Shown piece after piece: positions 26,440-32,000 of a DNA stretch of 32,000 nt. The stretch comes from Bacillus subtilis subsp. subtilis str. 168. GTDB taxonomy: Bacteria; Bacillota; Bacilli; Bacillales; Bacillaceae. Position 1 is the first letter of the stretch, and the number at the start of each line of letters is the position of its first letter. Location: assembly GCF_000009045.1 (NCBI RefSeq), contig NC_000964.3, forward strand, positions 2,490,001-2,522,000, given 5' to 3'. The notes beneath the pieces were generated by a model that worked only from the letters and a program-made list of their open reading frames with translations, was not told the origin of the DNA and made no database searches. A program made the position numbers and the translations under genes.

Positions 26440-27558
26440 ATGAATCCTAAGTATAAGCCACTTTTTGAACCATTTACGTTTAAAAGCGGCGTTACAATCA
26501 ACAACCGGATCGCAGTAGCACCGATGACTCATTACGCTTCTAATGAAGACGGTACAATATCTGAAGCGGAGCTCGACTACATCATCCCCCGTTCAAAAGA
26601 GATGGGAATGGTGATTACAGCCTGCGCAAATGTTACACCGGACGGAAAAGCATTCCCCGGGCAGCCGGCCATCCATGACGATTCCAACATTCCAGGTTTA
26701 AAAAAGTTAGCACAAGCCATTCAGGCACAAGGCGCTAAAGCTGTTGTACAAATTCATCACGGCGGTATTGAGTGCCCGTCTGAGCTCGTTCCTCAACAGG
26801 ATGTTGTGGGGCCAAGTGACGTGTTTGATAACGGCAAACAAATTGCTCGCGCATTAACAGAAGAAGAAGTGGAAAACATTGTGAAGGCGTTTGGAGAAGC
26901 GACAAGACGCGCCATTGAAGCCGGCTTTGACGGTGTCGAAATTCACGGTGCAAACGGCTACTTAATTCAGCAGTTTTATTCTCCGAAAACCAACCAGCGC
27001 ACGGATCGCTGGGGAGGAAGCGATGAAAAACGATTAGCCTTCCCGCTCGCTATTGTCGATGAAGTGAAAAAAGCCGCTTCAGAACATGCGAAGGGTGCAT
27101 TCTTAGTCGGCTACCGCCTGTCTCCGGAAGAACCTGAGACACCGGGATTGACAATGACTGAAACTTATACGCTTGTTGATGCTTTAGGGGATAAAGAATT
27201 GGATTATCTTCATATCTCACTGATGGACGTGAACTCAAAAGCGCGCCGCGGTGCAGATCCGACTCGCACACGCATGGACTTATTGAATGAACGTGTCGGA
27301 AACAAAGTGCCGCTGATCGCCGTCGGTTCCATCCATTCCGCTGATGACGCGCTTGCCGTCATCGAAAACGGTATTCCACTGGTCGCTATGGGACGCGAAA
27401 TTCTAGTTGACCCTAACTGGACGGTAAAAGTAAAAGAAGGCCGTGAAAAGCAAATCGAAACAGTGATCAAAGGCACAGATAAAGAAAAATATCATTTGCC
27501 TGAACCGCTATGGCAAGCAATTGTGAACACACAAGGCTGGGTGCCTTATAAAGATTAA
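26440..27558 (+). CDS. yqiG: NADH-dependent flavin oxidoreductase, Old Yellow Enzyme family
   Basis: 372 aa from ATG 26440 (MNPKYKPLFEPFTF...). OYE motifs VQIHHGG and HGANGYLIQQF. The track start at 26410 (GTG) lies at about the predicted transcription start. Confidence 0.9.
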   Translation: MNPKYKPLFEPFTFKSGVTINNRIAVAPMTHYASNEDGTISEAELDYIIPRSKEMGMVITACANVTPDGKAFPGQPAIHDDSNIPGLKKLAQAIQAQGAKAVVQIHHGGIECPSELVPQQDVVGPSDVFDNGKQIARALTEEEVENIVKAFGEATRRAIEAGFDGVEIHGANGYLIQQFYSPKTNQRTDRWGGSDEKRLAFPLAIVDEVKKAASEHAKGAFLVGYRLSPEEPETPGLTMTETYTLVDALGDKELDYLHISLMDVNSKARRGADPTRTRMDLLNERVGNKVPLIAVGSIHSADDALAVIENGIPLVAMGREILVDPNWTVKVKEGREKQIETVIKGTDKEKYHLPEPLWQAIVNTQGWVPYKD

Positions 27559-27564
27559 TGTGCA

Positions 27565-27596
27565 AAGACTGCCGAAACGATTCGGCAGTCTTTTTT
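27565..27596 (+). terminator. Rho-independent terminator after yqiG
   Basis: Perfect 12-bp stem, AAGACTGCCGAA at 27565..27576 and TTCGGCAGTCTT at 27581..27592, followed by TTTT. Confidence 0.85.
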
Positions 27597-27600
27597 CCCT

Positions 27601-27714
27601 TTATATAAATAGTTTGTGTACACATCTAAACAGCAAAAGAAAGAGCTCCCCACCAACTTCGAAAAGAAAATCCAGGAAAAACCCCTCACGCTTTCTTGCT
27701 TTTTTCTTTTTCAT
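27601..27714 (-). CDS. Candidate 37-aa small protein: basic N-terminus followed by an F/L-rich helix
   Basis: Hand translation gives ATG 27714..27712, then MKKKKARKREGFFLDFLFEVGGELFLLLFRCVHKLFI, then TAA 27603..27601. AAAGGAGA RBS with 8-nt spacing. Below the ORF-track size cut-off. No homology check was possible. Confidence 0.35.
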   Translation of the reverse strand: MKKKKARKREGFFLDFLFEVGGELFLLLFRCVHKLFI

Positions 27715-27939
27715 TCGTACGTCTCCTTTTTACATGAATACGCCTTACTTACGATTTTGCAGGAGAAAGGTTTCATTTTATAACGGACACATCTAGGGTC
27801 GATCATGCTTCGTGATCCTATAAGATGTATGAATGGACCAAGAGTGCAGGTAATACCGCCATTTGCTTTCCTTACTTTTCAAACCTATCCTTTACTATAT
27901 GCGGATACTTAATATTCTTCTCCCATACTACAAATGTCC

Positions 27940-27992
27940 CCAAAACAAAACGCCTCCTATTTATCAGCGCAAACTAATAAATAAAAGACGTT
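27940..27992 (-). terminator. spo0A terminator
   Basis: Minus-strand RNA has AACGUCUUUUAUUUAU, a 12-nt loop and AUAAAUAGGAGGCGUU. This is a 16-bp stem in which all three non-Watson-Crick positions are G-U pairs. It is followed by UUUGUUUUGG, about 30 nt after the spo0A stop. Confidence 0.65.
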
Positions 27993-28022
27993 TGATTTAA
28001 TGACCACTTAATAAGCTCATGT

Positions 28023-28826
28023 TTAAGAAGCCTTATGCTCTAACCTCAGCTTATCCGCAACCATTGCAATGAATTCACTGTTGGTAGGTTTAGCTTTTGT
28101 CATGCTGACAGTATAACCAAACAACGAGGAAATGGAATCAATGTTTCCTCTGCTCCATGCCACTTCAATTGCATGGCGGATCGCTCTTTCTACACGGCTT
28201 GCGGTTGTGTTAAATTTTTTGGCGATGTCCGGATAGAGGACTTTTGTAATGCTGCCGAGCAATTCGATGTCATTGTATACCATTGAGATTGCTTCGCGCA
28301 GATAGAGATAGCCTTTAATATGGGCTGGGACGCCGATTTCATGGATAATGCTTGTGATGCTCGCGTCGAGATTTTTCTTCTTTGGTTCAGGCTGGCTGCT
28401 GCGTATAATACTGCTTTGCGATGATGGCGCACGATGCGTCACACTGCTGGCATTTCCGCTGACCTGGCGGATATGGCCGACAAGGTTTTCCATATCAAAC
28501 GGTTTGAGAATAAAGTAGGACGCGCCTAAATCGACGGCCTTTTTCGTGACATCTTCCTGCCCAAAGGCTGTCAGCATAATGACATTCGGCTGTTTTTTCA
28601 GATCTGATTCCCTCAGCCTCTCTAAAACCGCAAGTCCGTCTAGATGCGGCATAATAATATCTAATACGAGCACATCGGGATCTTTTTCTTTAAACAGCGA
28701 CAGGCATTCCTGTCCGTTATAAGCAACGCCGATCACTTCCATGTCTTCCTGTCCTTCTATATATTCACTTAACAGGCTTACCAGCTCTCGATTATCATCA
28801 GCAACACAAACTTTAATTTTCTCCAC
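28023..28826 (-). CDS. spo0A: Master sporulation response regulator Spo0A
   Basis: 267 aa from GTG 28826 ([19 protein letters not shown]...), with GGGGAGGAAG RBS. Receiver domain with phospho-acceptor context [14 protein letters not shown]. Spo0A-specific C-terminal DNA-binding domain [19 protein letters not shown]. Confidence 0.97.
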   Translation of the reverse strand: MEKIKVCVADDNRELVSLLSEYIEGQEDMEVIGVAYNGQECLSLFKEKDPDVLVLDIIMPHLDGLAVLERLRESDLKKQPNVIMLTAFGQEDVTKKAVDLGASYFILKPFDMENLVGHIRQVSGNASSVTHRAPSSQSSIIRSSQPEPKKKNLDASITSIIHEIGVPAHIKGYLYLREAISMVYNDIELLGSITKVLYPDIAKKFNTTASRVERAIRHAIEVAWSRGNIDSISSLFGYTVSMTKAKPTNSEFIAMVADKLRLEHKAS

Positions 28827-28879
28827 GTTTCTTCCTCCCCAAATGTAGTTAACAGGATTCACCCTTGCTACATGTTTAC

Positions 28880-28906
28880 ATTCGACAAAACCGCTATATA
28901 CCCTCT
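28880..28906 (-). promoter_or_regulatory. Candidate sigma-H promoter (Ps) of spo0A, overlapping a 0A box
   Basis: Minus strand AGAGGGTAT (28906..28898), a 13-nt gap and CGAAT (28884..28880), which resembles the sigma-H -35 AGGA..T and -10 GAAT. TGTCGAA (0A box, minus strand, 28887..28881) overlaps the -10. Confidence 0.5.
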
Positions 28907-28968
28907 AAAAAAATCATAATCACCAATATTAGTGGCATATCTTTGTTATTCTATGTTTTTCTCTGTTT

Positions 28969-29017
28969 TTCGACTAAAAATGAAATTTGACAAACAAGGA
29001 AACGTGAATTTGTCGAA
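28969..29017. promoter_or_regulatory. Spo0A boxes between the two spo0A promoters
   Basis: TTCGACT at 28969..28975 (6 of 7 match, minus-strand orientation) and perfect TGTCGAA at 29011..29017 (plus-strand orientation). Confidence 0.55.
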
Positions 29018-29033
29018 AAATCTTCTTTTGTAT

Positions 29034-29062
29034 ATTTTACCGTATGTATTCTGAGAAGTGAA
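29034..29062 (-). promoter_or_regulatory. Candidate sigma-A vegetative promoter (Pv) of spo0A
   Basis: Minus strand TTCACT (29062..29057), a 17-nt spacer and TAAAAT (29039..29034). The 0A box at 29011..29017 lies just downstream. Confidence 0.45.
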
Positions 29063-29070
29063 GAGGGATC

Positions 29071-29102
29071 AAAATAAAAAAACTGCCGGAAACTCCGGCA
29101 GT
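29071..29102 (-). terminator. spoIVB terminator
   Basis: Minus strand ACTGCCGGA-gtt-TCCGGCAGT followed by TTTTTTTATTTT. The stem starts at the last base of the spoIVB stop codon. Confidence 0.85.
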
Positions 29103-30382
29103 CAGCTTGCTTTTTCTTTTCCATAAATATCGATTCCTGCTTCTGACAGCATCCATTCAATATGAACACCGTAGCCGCTTGTCGGGTCATTTACAAATAC
29201 ATGGGTGACAGCACCGATCACTTTTCCATTTTGAATGATCGGGCTTCCGCTCATCCCCTGTACGATGCCTCCTGTTTCTTTCAACAGTCTTGGATCGGTA
29301 ATTTTCAACACCATTCCTTTTGTCGCAGGGAATTTTTGCGGCGTTGTGCTGACGATTTCAATATCGAATTTTTCTACTTTGTCATCATCAATAACCGTTA
29401 AAATTTCAGCCGGCCCTTTTTTGACTTCGGTAGAAAACGCAACCGGCAATGCTTGATCTGATATGTTGTTTTGAATCGGCTGATGCAGTGTGCCGAAAAT
29501 CCCAAACGGGCTGTTTCTGTTAATATCCCCGATCGTTTTGCGTTCTGAGGAAAATCGCGCCAGTTTTTCTCCCGGATTACCGCCTGTCCCTTTTTCAATT
29601 GATGTTACAGTGGATTTAACGATTTCTCCATTCTCCACTACAATTGGTTTCTTTGTGTCCATATCGGAAATCACGTGGCCAAGTGCTCCGTATTTTTTTG
29701 TTTTCGGTTCATAAAAGGTCATAGTGCCGATGCCAGCAGCAGAATCTCTGATATATAACCCGATTCTGTATTTGCCTTCTCCTTCATCCTTTTCTGGGAT
29801 CAGCTTCGTTTTGATTTTCTGTTTATCACGTTTGATCAGTAAGTCTAAAGATTCACCAGTTTTCCCAGCCTTTTGAATAAATGGGGCTACATCATTCATT
29901 TTTTCAATTTTCTGTCCATTCATCTCAATAATGATGTCGCCCGCTTCAATTCCTGCCGTTTCTCCCGGAGATTTTTTGCCTTCACTTGTATTGATTTGAT
30001 GAAATCCGACGACAAGAACACCGACGGAATGAAGTTTTACACCGATTGATTGTCCGCCAGGTATAACTTTTAAATCAGGAAGAACATGCACTTTTGTTTT
30101 TTTAATTGGAAATCCGGCAAGATCATATACCAATTCTGACTCACCTGATTTTTTGCCCGTCACCTTGATTTCATGCGGATCTTTCTTTACTGTAAACGCT
30201 TCTGAGGATTCTGATGTCTGAGCGTTTACCGATAAACTCGTTTCAATCGCTTGTGTTTGGGTTTCAAATACTCTCATTTGCGTTGGAATCAGTAAATATT
30301 CTTTTAGCGGTTTGCATAAACCTACACTTAATAACGAAACAAGGAGAATTAAACCTACTGCTTTTCTGATGTTATCGGGCAT
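29102..30382 (-). CDS. spoIVB: Sporulation signalling serine peptidase SpoIVB (PDZ domain plus peptidase S55)
   Basis: 426 aa. N-terminal membrane anchor, PDZ region ([13 protein letters not shown]), catalytic Ser context GMSGSPI. Confidence 0.95.
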
Positions 30383-30527
30383 TCACTACTTCACTCTCCT
30401 CGCTCCTATCCCACACCTTCTTTATGACTTGCTGCTACATCATTTAATTTTGCCTTCTGACGGCTTATTTATAACTGTCATATGAAGAAAAACATTGGAT
30501 ATACTGATGAACGAATGGATGTGCACG

Positions 30528-30558
30528 AAAAAAATAAGCTGCGCTTCTCGCGCAGCTT
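30528..30558 (-). terminator. recN terminator
   Basis: Perfect 9-bp stem AAGCTGCGC / GCGCAGCTT with a 5-nt loop, followed on the minus strand by ATTTTTTT. The 5' arm includes two bases of the recN TAA stop. Confidence 0.85.
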
Positions 30559-32000
30559 ACCCAGTTGTTTTGACTTGATCCGCTTGTTTTAAAAGTTCTT
30601 TCGCATGGCGTTTCGTTAAGTCGGTTACTTCGACACCTGCAATCATGCGCCCGATTTCCGCTACCTTTTCCTGCTTAGAGAGCGGCTTGACACGTGTCGT
30701 CGTTCTGCCGTCTTTTAACTCCTTCGCAATATAAAGATGCGTATCGGCCATGGCAGCCACCTGAGGCAGGTGTGTAATGCACAGCACTTGTGATCCTATT
30801 GACACCTTATGGATCTTCTCAGCAATTGCCTGTGCGACCCTGCCGCTTACACCGGTATCAACCTCGTCAAAAATGATCGATGTCACATCCTGTTGTGAGG
30901 AAAAAATGCTTTTTATGGCAAGCATCACCCGTGACAGCTCTCCACCTGAAGCGACTTTCGAAAGGGATTTCAGCGGCTCGCCTGTATTGGTTGAAATTAA
31001 AAACTTCACCAGGTCAATCCCTTGTTCAGTCAGCTGAACGGGCTGGCCGTTTACAAGCGGCGCCTCTTCATTGCGTGACGCTGTTCTGACCTTAAATTCC
31101 GTATCAAAAGTTGATTTTTCCATGTACAGGCTTTTTAATTCCCGATGAATCTCATCAGCCAGCTTTTTCGCCCATGTTTTTCGGATTTGTGACACATTTG
31201 CCGCTTCCACTGCGACATCTTTGCCGACGGAGTCAAGCTCCTTTTTCAAGCTTTGAAGGTGGCTGTCCCTGTTTTCAATTTGGTCAATCTCTTCTTCAAT
31301 TTTAGAAGCATATTCCAAAATGTCTTCAACAGTGGCACCGTATTTTCGTTTCAGCTGTTTGATTTCATTAAGTCGCGTCTCAATATAGTTCAGGCGTTCC
31401 GGATCAAATTCAAGCTCATCCAGCATATTTCTCATCTGAAATGTGGCATCCTCAAGCAAATAGTAGGAGTTCGAAACACTTTCAGACATTTTTTTCAGCG
31501 GTTCGTTTATATCAGATATATCTTCAAGCTGCGCTGATGCCATTCCAACCCAGTCCAATCCGCCCTGCTCACTGCGAAGCGCGTTATATGCATTTTGCAG
31601 CGACTCATATATCTTCTCAAAGTTTGAAATTTGCTGGCGCTCTTCTTGGAGCTGTTCATCTTCGTTAAGCTCAAGCTTTGCCGATTCGATTTCTTCGAGC
31701 TGAAATTGAATAAGATCAAGACGATGGGCCATTTCCTGTTCGCTTTCAGAAAGCTGCTTAAGCTTTTTGAGCAGCTTCACATACCGCTGGTACCCTTCCT
31801 GATACGTTTTGAGCGCGCTTTCCACTTCGGCCCCGGCAAACTTGTCCAAAAGCTGGAGATGATTTTCGTCTTCCATTAACAGCTGGTTATCGTGCTGCCC
31901 GTGAATATCTAATAAAAGCCTGCCGATCTCTCTTAGTGAAGCAATCGTGACAAGCTTGCCATTGACACGGCAAACGCTTTTCCCGCTCGTGCTGATATCC
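30557..32000 (-). CDS. recN: DNA repair protein RecN (SMC-like ATPase), C-terminal about 480 codons. The 5' end lies beyond the window.
   Basis: Long coiled-coil region, ABC/SMC signature SGGELSR, Walker B IIFDEVDTG. The reading frame stays open upstream of the track's Met (31876) to position 32000 (...VNGKLVTIASLREIGRLLLDIHGQHDNQLLMEDEN...). Confidence 0.93.
   Translation of the reverse strand, partial: DISTSGKSVCRVNGKLVTIASLREIGRLLLDIHGQHDNQLLMEDENHLQLLDKFAGAEVESALKTYQEGYQRYVKLLKKLKQLSESEQEMAHRLDLIQFQLEEIESAKLELNEDEQLQEERQQISNFEKIYESLQNAYNALRSEQGGLDWVGMASAQLEDISDINEPLKKMSESVSNSYYLLEDATFQMRNMLDELEFDPERLNYIETRLNEIKQLKRKYGATVEDILEYASKIEEEIDQIENRDSHLQSLKKELDSVGKDVAVEAANVSQIRKTWAKKLADEIHRELKSLYMEKSTFDTEFKVRTASRNEEAPLVNGQPVQLTEQGIDLVKFLISTNTGEPLKSLSKVASGGELSRVMLAIKSIFSSQQDVTSIIFDEVDTGVSGRVAQAIAEKIHKVSIGSQVLCITHLPQVAAMADTHLYIAKELKDGRTTTRVKPLSKQEKVAEIGRMIAGVEVTDLTKRHAKELLKQADQVKTTG

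Noticed and set aside
27560-27796. 78-aa plus-strand ORF immediately after yqiG
   Set aside because: It starts inside the yqiG terminator hairpin, has no RBS, and its sequence is low-complexity and Ser/Lys/Phe-rich. It is antisense to the better-supported 37-aa minus-strand ORF.
27885-27956. 23-codon minus-strand ORF (TTG start, MGTFVVWEKNIKYPHIVKDRFEK) preceded by AGGAGG
   Set aside because: The AGGAGG is the 3' arm of the spo0A terminator stem and would be base-paired. The ORF would lie on RNA downstream of the termination point, and it has a TTG start with no promoter in between.
27826-27978. 50-codon plus-strand ORF (MYEWTKSAGNTAICF...) between yqiG and spo0A
   Set aside because: No Shine-Dalgarno sequence, no promoter-like hexamers, and the ORF runs into the spo0A terminator.
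30383-30526. Attempt to assign the sigma-F/sigma-G promoters of spoIVB (for example GTATA...CATATGA and CATAAAGA)
   Set aside because: Several partial matches exist, but none has both elements at consensus spacing. I cannot place the promoter reliably from sequence alone.
1-32000. Search for a novel multi-gene system (defence island, mobile element, CRISPR, toxin-antitoxin cassette, biosynthetic cluster)
   Set aside because: Every ORF longer than 90 codons that is not a shadow of a gene on the other strand belongs to a recognisable, well-studied family in conserved B. subtilis order. There are no integrase, transposase or recombinase genes, no repeat arrays and no obvious compositional break. 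Intergenic spaces are accounted for by promoters and terminators, except for the two small ORFs reported.

Overview
From memory of the encoded proteins and the gene order, and not from any database search, this window matches the Bacillus subtilis 168-type core chromosome between yqjA and recN. All but five protein-coding genes are on the minus strand.

Gene content by coordinate:
- yqjA 5' part.
- artM-artQ-artP, an arginine ABC transporter.
- brxB/yqiW, a bacilliredoxin.
- bmrU-bmr-bmrR on the plus strand, a MerR-controlled multidrug efflux module.
- The seven-gene sigma-54 bkd operon, ptb-bcd-buk-lpdV-bkdAA-bkdAB-bkdB, with its activator bkdR.
- yqzF.
- The sporulation mmg operon, mmgABCDE-mmgF(yqiQ), covering short-chain acyl-CoA oxidation and the methylcitrate cycle.
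- yqiHIK: a lipoprotein, a cell-wall amidase and a glycerophosphodiesterase.
- yqiG, an OYE-type flavin oxidoreductase.
- spo0A, spoIVB and the 3' three quarters of recN.

Nine ORF-track entries are over-extended at the N-terminus. RBS placement supports internal starts, and several are non-ATG: TTG for brxB, mmgC and yqiI, GTG for yqiH and spo0A.

I see no rRNA, tRNA, CRISPR array, transposase, integrase, prophage remnant or defence-island-like gene set. I found no convincing evidence for a new multi-gene system. This is ordinary, well-studied core genome.

The points worth a second look are small-scale:
- Two strong ARG-box-like operators around the artP promoter.
- A 14-nt element (TGCAATAATTTGCA) shared by the bkd sigma-54 upstream region and the bkdR leader.
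- A Rossmann-type N-terminal module in BkdR.
- Two unlisted small ORFs, of 37 aa with a strong RBS and of 44 aa with a lipoprotein-like signal.
- The pathway logic linking the adjacent bkd and mmg clusters, in which an enoyl-CoA hydratase is missing.
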